A stretch of 64,000 nucleotides of DNA from Roseibacillus sp. (GTDB lineage Bacteria > Verrucomicrobiota > Verrucomicrobiia > Verrucomicrobiales > Akkermansiaceae), in the NCBI GenBank assembly GCA_051251855.1, contig JBPOGI010000004.1, positions 96,001 through 160,000 of the forward strand, in the 5' to 3' direction. The translations under genes and the position numbers were made by a program. A model generated the notes under the pieces. It worked only from the letters and a program-made list of their open reading frames with translations, did not search any database and was not told where the DNA came from. This document shows, piece after piece, positions 46,384 to 56,725 of the stretch. Position 1 is the first letter of the stretch. Each line of letters starts with the position of its first letter.

Positions 46384-48642
46384 CTACTCCGCAGCCATCT
46401 TCTTCACCATGTTCTCCTCCCCCAAGTCTTTCACCTCTCCCTCACTCACGACTTCATTCTCCTCCGAAAGCGCACTGAGAACAACCGGATGCTTGGTGCC
46501 GTTGGAGAGAGAAATCCCCCTCGCGGTGTAGTCATCGGGCGCGAACTCCTCGAAGTTTTCCTCCATCCCCTTCGGCACATCCGGATAATCCACGCTCAGA
46601 AAATCAAAACGCAGAGGATAGCCCACGATAATAGGACGCTCCAACTGTGCTCCATCATCGCTCTTCGAAGTAAACGTGATCGAATGGTTCTTCCCCTTAA
46701 TCGCGGCTAGCGGATGATCTCCAATTCCATGGGGAGCCGGCAACACCTCGATCTCAACCTTCTGCGACGAATGCGAATCCATATGGATATAAAGCAACGG
46801 CCCGTACGCGGCATTCCCCCGACAGTTTTCGATAATGCCCCGACTAGGCACTGAAAAACTCTGGACAACACAGTCTAACACCTCGCAGTTCCGAATAATC
46901 GCCCCCCTCGCCATATAGAGCTTAATCCCTCCTCGCATCTTCACCACCTTGCAGTTCTCAACCGTCATGCGTCCCGTTCCGCTGTAGGCCCGAATGCCAT
47001 CCTCAGCGCAGTTGATCATGTGATCCTTGGGAACCTTCACCCCCTCAACTTCCTCCGGCCACTGAATGCGATGGTCGTATTTCCGAGCAAGTGAGCCCTC
47101 AGCATTCTCCTTGAGAAAGTCATTACTGGGACGAAGCGTCCCTTCCACATAACAATTTTTCACCAGAATCTCATCGCCATACTGGGCAAAGATGGCATGC
47201 CCAAAGGACTCCATTTTCACCTCACAACCATCGAGCACCACCCGATCCCCGTGCACCAGAATGCCATTGTGCTTCCGCAATGGAACCACCGCCCCTCCAC
47301 CGATGCCATACATGTTGCCATAGCCATAAGGAAACGACCCTTTCACGATCATCTTGGCCCCCTCTAACCGATTGTCACTCCCCTTGATATACATCTCAAT
47401 GACGGTGACGGTCGGATAGTTCTCAGAATCCTGATTGTAGGTTCCGAAGTCGATAGCACCATCAAACTCACGGTCGTAAGTATTCACAAAAAGCCCTCCC
47501 TTCACCGTATTGTGATGTCCCGAAATAAAGTAGGAGCAGCGACTCCGACGCCGTCTCTCAGCCATCTGATCAAGCGTCTTGAGAGGCATCTCAAACGTCA
47601 CTCCCGTAAAATCTAAAGTATTGTGGGAACCCGACAACTCGAAGGCTCGTCCTCCCTCATCCAACTCTTCGACCACATAAGTCCCCGGAGCCATCACCAC
47701 ATCTTGAAAGCTCTTGCCACCCGCCTCTCTGAGTTCTTTGAGCGAATTCACGGTGACCTGAGTTCTCTCTACATCCTCTGGGTCGATTTCTTCCAAAGCA
47801 TGAACCCGGAACTTCGAGTAAATATGATGCGTCCCCACCATGCGGAACCCAAAGTAACCCTCTCGGTAAAAAGGAAACTCATAATCGTCGTAGTCGTCCG
47901 TCCCCTCGGACCGCTGCCCCCTCCGAAAACGCTCCACCGCCACCTCATCCCCAAAGGCCATTTCGTAGACGAGCTGACCATCCACAATATATTGCACCAA
48001 ATCGTCGAAGGCGACCAACTGCACCTTCATCTTCTTCCCAGGCGTGAGCATAAACTCCTTCTGCCCATCCCTTTCCTTAAGCGCGATGTGCTCTATCAAT
48101 CGCCCATCTTCCTCGCGCGGATAACGCCTCATCCGCGTCGTGGTATTCCGTCCCCCGCCACTACTGGCATAGTAGCCCAACATTTCGTTGTAAGACGGGA
48201 AGGCTCCCGTGTAGCGGCTCGAATCAAACAAGCCCTTCTCAGGGTCTTTCGGGTCACTTGCTAACCAGAAATTGTTCACATCTTTGACCTCCACCCCACG
48301 CATCCCCTCCTCTGGCTGTGGACAAACGACTTCATAAGTGATCGCCATCCGCGTCTTCAACTTCTCTTTAAACCAGACCGTACAACCACGACCTGGCAAA
48401 AAGCAGTCCAGCGTTCCCTCTCGCGCCACCACCTTCTCGTCAGGATAACCCTCACGCTCTTCCACTTGAACCACCCAACGCTCGAGATTCTCAAAATCAT
48501 CTTTTGTCACCAGAGGACCCACCTCGAATAAGTTCACCGCCCGCCCCAATACCAGCGGGCCAGCTTCCGTATCAGCTAAACTCCTGCCCATCAGAAGCAT
48601 AAAGACGGTAACGAGTGCTAGATTCGTGATAAATTTGTTCAT
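46384..48642 (-). CDS. Secreted protein: DUF6250/YesU-like domain plus right-handed beta-helix
   Basis: GCTVWF, NNFWLASDP, NTTTRMRRYP, GYFGFR; C-terminal half with beta-helix periodicity (V.NC.V, EDGIRAY); start at MNKFIT. Confidence 0.7.
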   Translation of the reverse strand: MNKFITNLALVTVFMLLMGRSLADTEAGPLVLGRAVNLFEVGPLVTKDDFENLERWVVQVEEREGYPDEKVVAREGTLDCFLPGRGCTVWFKEKLKTRMAITYEVVCPQPEEGMRGVEVKDVNNFWLASDPKDPEKGLFDSSRYTGAFPSYNEMLGYYASSGGGRNTTTRMRRYPREEDGRLIEHIALKERDGQKEFMLTPGKKMKVQLVAFDDLVQYIVDGQLVYEMAFGDEVAVERFRRGQRSEGTDDYDDYEFPFYREGYFGFRMVGTHHIYSKFRVHALEEIDPEDVERTQVTVNSLKELREAGGKSFQDVVMAPGTYVVEELDEGGRAFELSGSHNTLDFTGVTFEMPLKTLDQMAERRRRSRCSYFISGHHNTVKGGLFVNTYDREFDGAIDFGTYNQDSENYPTVTVIEMYIKGSDNRLEGAKMIVKGSFPYGYGNMYGIGGGAVVPLRKHNGILVHGDRVVLDGCEVKMESFGHAIFAQYGDEILVKNCYVEGTLRPSNDFLKENAEGSLARKYDHRIQWPEEVEGVKVPKDHMINCAEDGIRAYSGTGRMTVENCKVVKMRGGIKLYMARGAIIRNCEVLDCVVQSFSVPSRGIIENCRGNAAYGPLLYIHMDSHSSQKVEIEVLPAPHGIGDHPLAAIKGKNHSITFTSKSDDGAQLERPIIVGYPLRFDFLSVDYPDVPKGMEENFEEFAPDDYTARGISLSNGTKHPVVLSALSEENEVVSEGEVKDLGEENMVKKMAAE

Positions 48643-48772
48643 GGAGCAGTGGGCACTGTTACCGAGCAATAAGCGGCGAAATTTCACTCGAATTGACTCT
48701 AAACATCAGCGGTTCACAGACTTTCATTCCGCGGCTGAGTAGCAGGCCCTTCTGCAGCGCTCAACTCTCTCC

Positions 48773-49843
48773 TCACAACCCTTCCCCCACCGTTTCATCC
48801 CGCTGATAAATGGGTAATTGGCGATGAGGAACAGTAAATGCGAGCACCATCATTGAGGTTCCATAAATCGGACCCGCAGTCTTGCTAGGCCACGAGCCAT
48901 CGGACTCCTGCTTAGCGAGATAAGTCTCATACATCCAAGGCGCGAATTCCTCCCAATAACGACCACCAATTTGGAAAAGCCCTTGGGCATTATAGTAGAT
49001 CCCATATTGTTCGAACTGCCCCCCTGGCAAATCTCGATAACTCGAAAGAACGAAGTCGGCCGCCTTCACAGTCTCAGGAGTGCCATGACGCCCGCAAAGT
49101 TCCAGACACAACAACCCCATTCCAGTGAGAGTCTTGGCGTGGTCCTTCCGGTCCGCGTAACCAAACGTTCCCGTCTCCGGATCTTGATGCCTTTGCAGAT
49201 AGGCCAGCGCATCTGCAATGGCCTTATCGGGAATAGCCGCCCCATTGAGCTTGGCCGAACGCAGCGCCATCAAGGCCCAGCCACTGCACGAAGTATCACT
49301 ATCCTTGGAGTTAGGATGATAACGCCAGCCTCCCTGATTGCGCTCATCCTTATTCACCTCTTGCGCACGAAGAATCAACGCCAGCGCCTTGGGCAATACT
49401 TTCGAAATCTTCGCCTGCCGCTCGGGGTCCACCATTCCACTCACCTCTGAGAGAAAAAGAGTCGCGATATTGTGCGCATACATCGGACCATTTCCCGCAT
49501 CCCCATTGTCAAAGACTCCCTCCCCATTCTGATGACTAACGACCCAGTCAATACAGCGATTTACATTCTCGGCATAAGGCCCCTCGGTCGCCAAATGTCC
49601 TTTCGACAGAAACGCCATCCCCGCCAAAGCCGGGATTCCCACCGAACGACCGTAGCCATGAGGAAAGGAACCGTTTTCATTCTGTTGTCGGGCCAAATAG
49701 TCGAGCGCATCATCCACTGCAGGATCCACCTTTGGTTGCCATTTCGCAAAAACCGCGTCCGCAGGGCCCTGCCCTTGACAAACGCTCGCAAACAAAGCAA
49801 CGAACACAATCAAGAAATAGGTCGTCCTAAAATTCCTCTTCAT
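48773..49843 (-). CDS. Prenyltransferase/squalene-cyclase-repeat protein
   Basis: LARQQNENGSF, GGWRY.P, DTSCSGWALMALRSA, QESDGSW repeats. Confidence 0.85.
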   Translation of the reverse strand: MKRNFRTTYFLIVFVALFASVCQGQGPADAVFAKWQPKVDPAVDDALDYLARQQNENGSFPHGYGRSVGIPALAGMAFLSKGHLATEGPYAENVNRCIDWVVSHQNGEGVFDNGDAGNGPMYAHNIATLFLSEVSGMVDPERQAKISKVLPKALALILRAQEVNKDERNQGGWRYHPNSKDSDTSCSGWALMALRSAKLNGAAIPDKAIADALAYLQRHQDPETGTFGYADRKDHAKTLTGMGLLCLELCGRHGTPETVKAADFVLSSYRDLPGGQFEQYGIYYNAQGLFQIGGRYWEEFAPWMYETYLAKQESDGSWPSKTAGPIYGTSMMVLAFTVPHRQLPIYQRDETVGEGL

Positions 49844-52800
49844 TGCTCACTCATGGTTTGAAAGTAGTCCTTCACGAGCCCCTGATAGTCATCAGGAACA
49901 TCAATCCCGCCTTGTCCTCCGACATCCTTTTGCAAAGACGCCTTAATCTTCGCCCAATCATCAACACTAATTCCTAGCTTAGCCAGCTCAGGGGGAACTC
50001 CTTGATCGGCTTCCGCTATCTGCATCTCGGCTGACTCTGGCGCCTCTTCTCCTGGCGGACCTGGCTGGGGTTGCTGAGATTCCCCAGGTGGCGAAGGCTT
50101 GGGCTGCCCCTGCTGACCCTGCATCTGTTGCCGACTCGCTTGGGCAGCTTGGGCCAAGGCATCTGCCGCCTGCCGTGCTTGCTGAGCGGCTTCGGCAGCA
50201 GACTCCGTCCGCGCGGCACTCTCCGAAGATTGAAAGCCCTCGGCCATCTGCGCTGCCGAAGTGGGCGCCTGATGCTGCGGCGTTTGTCTTTGCGAAGCCT
50301 CGGCCGCCTTTTGCTGCAATTGCTCCGCAGCCTTGCCCAGTGATTGCGCCGCCTTTTGAAAAGAGTCGTCTGCTTGACCGTGTTGTTGCGAAGACTGCTC
50401 CAACCTTCCTTTCGTCGATTCTTCACTGGCTCGCTGCGCTTGCTGTTGTCCTCGCTGCGCCTCCTGCCCTGCCTGATTCAAAGAGGATCCCTGCAATTGG
50501 GGGATATCCCGAATCTCGCTCGCCAAATCCTCGGCATCACCTTGGGCCATCGCTTGCAATTCCGCCAAGGCTTCACCCAAGTCACCTTTTGCCAACGCCT
50601 CAGCCGCTTGCGAAACTTGCTCTTGGCGCTCGGCAAGGTCCGACAAATCCTCGGCGGCCATCTTCGATTCAGGATCGCCTCCCTGGGCGACTTCCTCCGC
50701 CTGCTCACTCGCCGTTTGAAGCGCTTCCGCGGCCTCTTGAGATTCCTTCGAAATCTCCCCAGGCTCGGATTGAGAAAACGCTTCTTTCGCCTCCTGAGCC
50801 TGCGCCGCCGCTTCAGGCAAGGCATTGGCAAGGGGGCTTCCTTCTGAGCGCGCCTTCGCCAACTGTTCACGAGCTTCTTGAGCAATCGCCGCTTGTTCAG
50901 ATTCTAACATCGCCGCCACCTCGGCCTGTAAACTTTCGTTCTCACTCGAAGACTCCTCTTGAGAGGATGCCTCGGCCTGTTGGGGAGAGGACTCTTCTCC
51001 CTTGGCGATGGCCTCCGCTTGCGCCAAGTGCTGAGAAGACTCTTCGGTGTCCCCCTTTTCCAAAGCCGCCATCGCTTTCGCTAATTGCTCTTGGCGCTCC
51101 GCAAAAGATTCCGCCTGCTCCTTCCCGGCTTCGCTTGAGGACTCCACTGCCTCTTTCAATTTCTCAGCGGCCTCTTGGCTCGATTTGGCCGCTTGTTCGT
51201 CCTGCTTTTGAGTGACTTCTTTCGCTGCTTGATAAGCTTTCTTCTGCCCCTCCTTTGACTGCCTCTTGGCCTCAGAGCTTTGTTCGGGATCCTTCCCTTT
51301 TTGAGAAATCTCATTGGCCAGCTCCGTCTGCGCTTGCCGCAAGGCCGCCCGCAATTCCTCTTCCCCATCCTTGGCAGATACTAAACCACTCTCGGCAAGC
51401 TCTTGAGCCATCTCCGCGAGCTTGGCTTGCGATTCGGCGGCTTCTTGCGACTCCTTTGCCAAATCACGAGCTTGCTCCGCCTGCTGTTGAAAAACCTCCG
51501 CCATCGCCTCAGGACGTTGATACATTTGCTTCTTCACCTCTTGCGCCATCGCCTTTTGTTCGCGCTGCCACTGTTCGCTTGGGCTCTCGCCGCTCTCACT
51601 CTCCATCGCCTTCTTCTCAGCCTGCCTCGCGAGGTCGCTTTGCTTCTGAGCCAAATCCTCCAGCCGCGCCAAGTCCTCAATCTTGGAGCGGTCTTGATGA
51701 ATCTCGTTACGCAATTTCTCTAAAGTCTGAATGGCTTCCTGCGAATGAGAGAGCGCATTCTCTAGCTCTTTGACGCGCTCTTCCTTCGTATCTAACAAGG
51801 GCACTTTTTCAAATTTCTCCAAGGCCTCTGCCAAGTCTTGCTTCGCCTCATCAACCTGAGGGGCCTTGGCGGCATGAATCCCTTGCTCCATCCGCTCATT
51901 CAACTCGGAAAGCTTCTTCTGTGCCTCAGCGAGCTTCTCCTGTGCTTGCTGAATCGCCTTCTGTGACTGCTCATTCTGATGATTATCCACCAGAGCGCCC
52001 CAACTTTGCCGCATCTTCTTGTCCGCCTCGCGCACTTCACGAATCGCTTTTTCTATCGAAGACCGGGCATCATCATGTTGCGCTCTGAGCTCCTGTTGCG
52101 CCAGCGACTGGGCTCCCTTTTGCGCTCGAATGATCAGCCACCCGGAATACCCTTTCCCCGGCCCACCCAACTCAGCAGGAACCTTATCCTCGGCCCGAAT
52201 GCGAACATGAAGCTCCCGCGCTCCATCGAGCTGCTCCATCAAGTCGGCGACAACGAAACGCGTAACACCTGAAAATCGCCGAGGCTGAGCCCGACCCACC
52301 TCGTCGGGAAGGTCCTGCGGAATCGAGAGGCTACCACTCTTCCCAGCCTCCACCTCCAAGACTACTTCTCCCAATCCAAAATCTTCGCGCACCTCATAAT
52401 CCAGCTGAAGTTCTTCCTCGGGGCGCACCTTGATTTCATCTTCTGTGGGGTTCAAACGCGTGACCACAGGCGCAAGGTCAGGCGTGGCCCGCACTTGAAA
52501 GCGAGTCAGTTCAGCAGAGCCGCCCAAGCGGTGAGAGGCCTCTACAGCCACCTCGCCTTCCATTTCTGATAACAACTCAAATCCACCTACAAATCGCGCC
52601 TCTTTCGCAGAAGCTTCCAGTTCCATCGCCACTCGTTGTCCGTCCGGCAGTGCCAAGGTCGCCTTCTCGACGGCAGTATTGAGAAGCCCTGCTAAGCCCA
52701 CCTGAGTTCCTACCACCGCTTGCACAGACTCACCGAGGAGGTCACGCTCCGTTGGCAGGCCCGTGTAGTCCGGATACTTTTTCTCGACCATCACTTCGAG

Positions 52801-53637
52801 CAACTCTGGCTTCGGAAGAACGTTGGCAAGAAACTGGTCGCTCACTGCCCTCCCCGAACGCGCACGATAGCGGAAGGTCTCTTGAACAGGCTCCAATCGG
52901 TAAAGCCAGCTTCCCTCGCTCTTGGTAAAAGGCTGAACCACCTGCTCCCCCCCTTTGAATTCGAGTAAAATCTCAGGCTCACCGGGACCGGAGTAAGCGA
53001 GCCGAATCTCCACCGCCCCCCCAGCCATCACCTCCAAGTCGCCGGGTTGAAGATCGAACGAGCGCGCCCCCACATTCCCCACTTCACTAAACGGTGCCAC
53101 CGAGCGAACGAGAAGACGTCCTGCCGTTTGTGGCCAAATGACCAGCGCCATCACCAATGCTAACAACGCCGCGCCCACCACCCAACGCCATTGCCGCGTG
53201 CGTTGGCCCGGCTGAACCTCAACCTGCGCATCAACCAAAAGAACATCCTCCTCTGCCGCTTGCACGAGACTTGCTACCAGCGCGGGGGATGCCGAATCCT
53301 GTCCCGACAGCTCAAGCGCGGTGCTGAGCCTCTCCTCCATTTCAGGATGTCGGCTTTCCAACCACCGCGCGATACGCACCAGACTCAGCTTCTGAAAAAA
53401 AGGCCCGAGACCTCGAAAGAGAGACCAAACAACTGCTGCCATCCATAGCAGAAACACCGCCCAACGAGCCAGCGAAGGTAAAGGAGCAAAGAGCCAATCC
53501 AGCGCCATCGAGAAGAAAAGACCTCCCAGAAAAAAAGCCGCTACCCACAACCCACCACGCCAGAGCTGGACCCGCCGGATACGTCGACGCACCGCCTGCA
53601 ATTGGCGCTCAATTTGGCGAGTTTCTCCGGCCTTCAT
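49840..53637 (-). CDS. Large membrane-anchored Ig plus coiled-coil protein (DUF4175-like)
   Basis: Three N-terminal TMs, ERLSTALEL, YPDYTGLP, DLAPVV, EDFGL; long Q/E/A-rich coiled coil; C-terminal VPDDYQGLVKDYF. Confidence 0.75.
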   Translation of the reverse strand: MKAGETRQIERQLQAVRRRIRRVQLWRGGLWVAAFFLGGLFFSMALDWLFAPLPSLARWAVFLLWMAAVVWSLFRGLGPFFQKLSLVRIARWLESRHPEMEERLSTALELSGQDSASPALVASLVQAAEEDVLLVDAQVEVQPGQRTRQWRWVVGAALLALVMALVIWPQTAGRLLVRSVAPFSEVGNVGARSFDLQPGDLEVMAGGAVEIRLAYSGPGEPEILLEFKGGEQVVQPFTKSEGSWLYRLEPVQETFRYRARSGRAVSDQFLANVLPKPELLEVMVEKKYPDYTGLPTERDLLGESVQAVVGTQVGLAGLLNTAVEKATLALPDGQRVAMELEASAKEARFVGGFELLSEMEGEVAVEASHRLGGSAELTRFQVRATPDLAPVVTRLNPTEDEIKVRPEEELQLDYEVREDFGLGEVVLEVEAGKSGSLSIPQDLPDEVGRAQPRRFSGVTRFVVADLMEQLDGARELHVRIRAEDKVPAELGGPGKGYSGWLIIRAQKGAQSLAQQELRAQHDDARSSIEKAIREVREADKKMRQSWGALVDNHQNEQSQKAIQQAQEKLAEAQKKLSELNERMEQGIHAAKAPQVDEAKQDLAEALEKFEKVPLLDTKEERVKELENALSHSQEAIQTLEKLRNEIHQDRSKIEDLARLEDLAQKQSDLARQAEKKAMESESGESPSEQWQREQKAMAQEVKKQMYQRPEAMAEVFQQQAEQARDLAKESQEAAESQAKLAEMAQELAESGLVSAKDGEEELRAALRQAQTELANEISQKGKDPEQSSEAKRQSKEGQKKAYQAAKEVTQKQDEQAAKSSQEAAEKLKEAVESSSEAGKEQAESFAERQEQLAKAMAALEKGDTEESSQHLAQAEAIAKGEESSPQQAEASSQEESSSENESLQAEVAAMLESEQAAIAQEAREQLAKARSEGSPLANALPEAAAQAQEAKEAFSQSEPGEISKESQEAAEALQTASEQAEEVAQGGDPESKMAAEDLSDLAERQEQVSQAAEALAKGDLGEALAELQAMAQGDAEDLASEIRDIPQLQGSSLNQAGQEAQRGQQQAQRASEESTKGRLEQSSQQHGQADDSFQKAAQSLGKAAEQLQQKAAEASQRQTPQHQAPTSAAQMAEGFQSSESAARTESAAEAAQQARQAADALAQAAQASRQQMQGQQGQPKPSPPGESQQPQPGPPGEEAPESAEMQIAEADQGVPPELAKLGISVDDWAKIKASLQKDVGGQGGIDVPDDYQGLVKDYFQTMSEQ

Positions 53638-53690
53638 TCCTCGATAAGAGTAGGAAACAGGCGAAATCGCGCAAGTGTTTCAATCGAAGC

Positions 53691-55268
53691 TCACTTTTTC
53701 AGCATCTTAGGGCCCGTCACCGCCCCGTTTTTGCCACTATAGTTTGACCACTCGGGATGCTTGAGAGCGACGGGTTCTTCAGAAACTGGAGCCTGCGCAC
53801 CCTTGGGCGCTTTTAATACATTGGCCGTCATCTCATGCCATTTTTGGGAAAGCCGCTCCACAATTTCAGGGTGCTTTGCTGCCAAATTGCGTCGTTCGGT
53901 GCGGTCTTGCGCGATATTGAAGAGCTTCCACGGCCCTTGCCGAAAGGAAACGATCTTCCAGTCTCCCTCTCGGAAACCTCGATCCTTCGCAAAGAGAAAA
54001 TGAAGCGGAGGCCTCGTCTCTGGGTGTTCTCCCGCAAAAATAGGGAGCATCGAAGTCCCCGCGAGAGGCTGTGGATCACGCCCCGGAAACTCGCTCGGCA
54101 TCTCTACCTCAGAAGCTTGTAAAATCGTCGGCAACACATCCACCAGATGGGAGGGCGCACTCGTGATCGATCCCGCTTTCGCACTCAAGCCCGCAGGCCA
54201 ATGCACAATCGCTGGCGAAGTGATCCCACCCTCAAACTGGTTTTGCTTATAAAACCGGAAAGGAGTGTTACGCGCCCATGACCAACCCGTACTATCGGAC
54301 CAACTCGCTCCATCTTCGTAGGGCTTTTTTTGCATTCCCCGACTGATCCGATCATAGGGGCAAGCCCCATTGTCATTCACCAAGATAATGAGCGTGTTTT
54401 CGAATTCCCCCTTCGCCTTGAGGTCCGCCACGAGACGCCCCATCTCCTGGTCCACGCGATCCACCATCGCCGCCAAGGCTGCCATCCGGCGCGACTCCCA
54501 GTTCTGCAACTCTGGCGTCAACTCCTCCCAAGCCGGAATATGAGGAGGCCGCTCCGAGGCAGTTACTTTCCCTCCAAAAAGACCCAACTCATTTTGCTGC
54601 GCACTCCGCTCGGCATTGATGACATCCCACCCCACTTGGTAACGCTTCTTATATTTTTCGTAGTCTTCCTTGAGAGGTTGCAAAGGCGCGTGAGGAGCAT
54701 TGAAGGCAACATACAGGAACCAAGGCTGCTCTTCTTTGCGAGCCTCTTCCAGAAACTGCAGCGCAAAATCAACCTTCGCAACCGTGGTATAGAATCCCTC
54801 TGCAGGGACCTCCCATTTTTCGCCATTGAGCCGAAACGAATCATTCCCCTTAAAAAAATCAGTCGCCCCCGAAAGGTGGCCAAAGTAGCGCTCAAAGCCA
54901 AAGTCGGTCGGCTCTTTATCGAGATGCCACTTTCCGCTCATCAGCGTCGAATAACCCGCAGGAGCCAACACCTCAGGAATGGTCACCGCTCGCTGCAGAC
55001 TTTCATCGCCCGCCTGCCGACACCAAAGCCCCGTCAACAAGCTCACTCGCGAAGAGTGACACTTCGCAGTATTATAGAACTGCGAGAACCGAAGCCCGTC
55101 CTTCGCCAACTGGTCCAGAACCGGAGTCTCCACTTCTCCCCCATAACAACCTAGGTCCGAGAAACCCATATCATCGGTCATCACCAGCAAGACATTTGGC
55201 CGCTCAATTGCGTGAGCACACTGCCCTAGCAAAGAGGCAACAACGAGATTCCGAAACAAGCGGTTCAT
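53691..55268 (-). CDS. Formylglycine-dependent arylsulfatase (S1)
   Basis: RPNVLLVMTDDMGFSDLG, CHSSRVSLLTG, GKWHL, APHAP, DNG. Confidence 0.92.
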   Translation of the reverse strand: MNRLFRNLVVASLLGQCAHAIERPNVLLVMTDDMGFSDLGCYGGEVETPVLDQLAKDGLRFSQFYNTAKCHSSRVSLLTGLWCRQAGDESLQRAVTIPEVLAPAGYSTLMSGKWHLDKEPTDFGFERYFGHLSGATDFFKGNDSFRLNGEKWEVPAEGFYTTVAKVDFALQFLEEARKEEQPWFLYVAFNAPHAPLQPLKEDYEKYKKRYQVGWDVINAERSAQQNELGLFGGKVTASERPPHIPAWEELTPELQNWESRRMAALAAMVDRVDQEMGRLVADLKAKGEFENTLIILVNDNGACPYDRISRGMQKKPYEDGASWSDSTGWSWARNTPFRFYKQNQFEGGITSPAIVHWPAGLSAKAGSITSAPSHLVDVLPTILQASEVEMPSEFPGRDPQPLAGTSMLPIFAGEHPETRPPLHFLFAKDRGFREGDWKIVSFRQGPWKLFNIAQDRTERRNLAAKHPEIVERLSQKWHEMTANVLKAPKGAQAPVSEEPVALKHPEWSNYSGKNGAVTGPKMLKK

Positions 55269-55336
55269 TCCAAGTCTACCTTGTTGTCAGCTTCGGACTT
55301 TCAAGTCGCTTCTCTCCACTTTCACAAGCTGCCCTG

Positions 55337-55533
55337 AGACCGTTTTCCAGATGGAATTGCCGATATCGCTGAGATGAGTTCTTTCAAGGACAAGGCGTGA
55401 CGAAGGAGTTGATCGAGACCAACGACTGGGAAATAACGCAGTCATTGGAGAAACTCATCCAGAACCATCGAAATGTGCGGCCTTGCCGCCTGACTCAACA
55501 TCGACTTGGGCAAGTTCATTTGGAAACTGGTCT
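55337..55533. mobile_element. MITE-like element with nested imperfect inverted repeats
   Basis: Ends agaccgttttccagatggaattgcc / ggcaagttcatttggaaactggtct; inner gatgagttctttcaa / ttggagaaactcatc. Confidence 0.55.
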
Positions 55534-55549
55534 AGGTGAGTGATGGCTC

Positions 55550-56503
55550 CTACTTCTTCTGCCAAAGGTCTCCCTCTTCCATAATCTCCTTGGGCTTTTG
55601 GCTCTCGAGCCACTGCTGCGCCTCTTCACTCTCGGTCAAGTAAGCCTCCCAAAAGGCCGTGCTCAGCCCCTGAATCACGAGATGGTGATTCGGATTCTGC
55701 TTCTGCCCCCTCATTCCCGTATCAGAAAAGGCGTGGTGCTCCGCATCCTTCAGGACCAGTTGAAACTTTTCTCCTTCGGATAGGGCTGGAAACACTTCAC
55801 GTCGCTCCTCTGGAGAAGCGCTACCTATGGGGCTCCCATCTTTCGTTCCAGTCATCAACATCATCGGCAGAGATATCTGCCCAAATGCCTTCTCGGCTCC
55901 CCCCATACGAGGAGGGCTCGGGCTCAATGCCAGAGCAGCATCAATACGCTCGTCGTGGTAGAGCTTCCCCAAACGACCAAAAGTCTGCCCGGCTAATGCT
56001 TGGACTGTTTTAGCTCCATAGGAGTGTCCTCCAATTCCCACTTTCTCTAAGTCCATACGACCCTCTAAAAAATGCCCACTTTCAAGCTGCCACTTTTCCA
56101 ATTGGTCCAAAGTGGCGGGGACATCCCGCATCCGGTCTTGAAAAGTCTGCCCATTGGCTGCCGCAGTTAACTTTGAGCGCCGTCGTGACACCCGTTCTTC
56201 TTTCCAAACGGAATCATCACTTCCCACGTGCTGCATCGCCACCACAACAAAACCACGACTTGCCCACTGCTCCCCCAAAAAGGATCCCACCTCACGAGAG
56301 CCTCCTAACCCATGACTCAAAAGAACGACGGGAGCCGCCTTCTCACTCTCGGGTAGGTAGACTTTCAAGGGGACTTCCCGCTCACCATAGCTGAAAGAAG
56401 TCAACTTAGTCGTCACAGGGCCACCCCCTTTTAACGGCTCGTATCCCTTCACTATCGTTGTGAGCAATAAAATGAATGATGCACAAAAACAAAGTCCCCT
56501 CAT
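55550..56503 (-). CDS. Secreted alpha/beta hydrolase (dienelactone hydrolase/PAF-AH-like)
   Basis: SHGLGG, GHSYGA, TGTKD, AEHHAF. Confidence 0.85.
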   Translation of the reverse strand: MRGLCFCASFILLLTTIVKGYEPLKGGGPVTTKLTSFSYGEREVPLKVYLPESEKAAPVVLLSHGLGGSREVGSFLGEQWASRGFVVVAMQHVGSDDSVWKEERVSRRRSKLTAAANGQTFQDRMRDVPATLDQLEKWQLESGHFLEGRMDLEKVGIGGHSYGAKTVQALAGQTFGRLGKLYHDERIDAALALSPSPPRMGGAEKAFGQISLPMMLMTGTKDGSPIGSASPEERREVFPALSEGEKFQLVLKDAEHHAFSDTGMRGQKQNPNHHLVIQGLSTAFWEAYLTESEEAQQWLESQKPKEIMEEGDLWQKK

Positions 56504-56584
56504 CCTTCCTCAAACCAGTGACCTCCCGAAAAGTTGCTCAGAATCATTGCAGCAAGGGCAAGCGCCCCCTTTGCTCCTTCTCCC

Positions 56585-56700
56585 AAAAAAATGAACTCAC
56601 TTGAGAGTCGGCAGACTCGAATTGACCTGTAAGCCTATCCGTTAGAACCCATATCACAAATATGACGATGCGCAGTCACAGGTGAGGCTGGCCCGATACT
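56585..56700. ncRNA. Candidate structured non-coding RNA (family unassigned)
   Basis: Long interrupted hairpin tcggcag.ctc...acctgt / acaggt.gag.ctg..ccga with inner catat/atatg; short stem and T7 on the minus strand. Confidence 0.35.
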
Positions 56701-56725
56701 TTAGAAAACCTTACAAATTACTCAC

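Noticed and set aside
50088..51215. 375-aa plus-strand ORF
   Set aside because: Antisense to the coiled-coil gene; Pro/Arg-rich artefact
56585..56700. Assignment as 6S RNA, tmRNA or SRP RNA
   Set aside because: Too short for 6S; lacks tmRNA ends and the SRP GGAA-loop motif; kept only as an unassigned candidate
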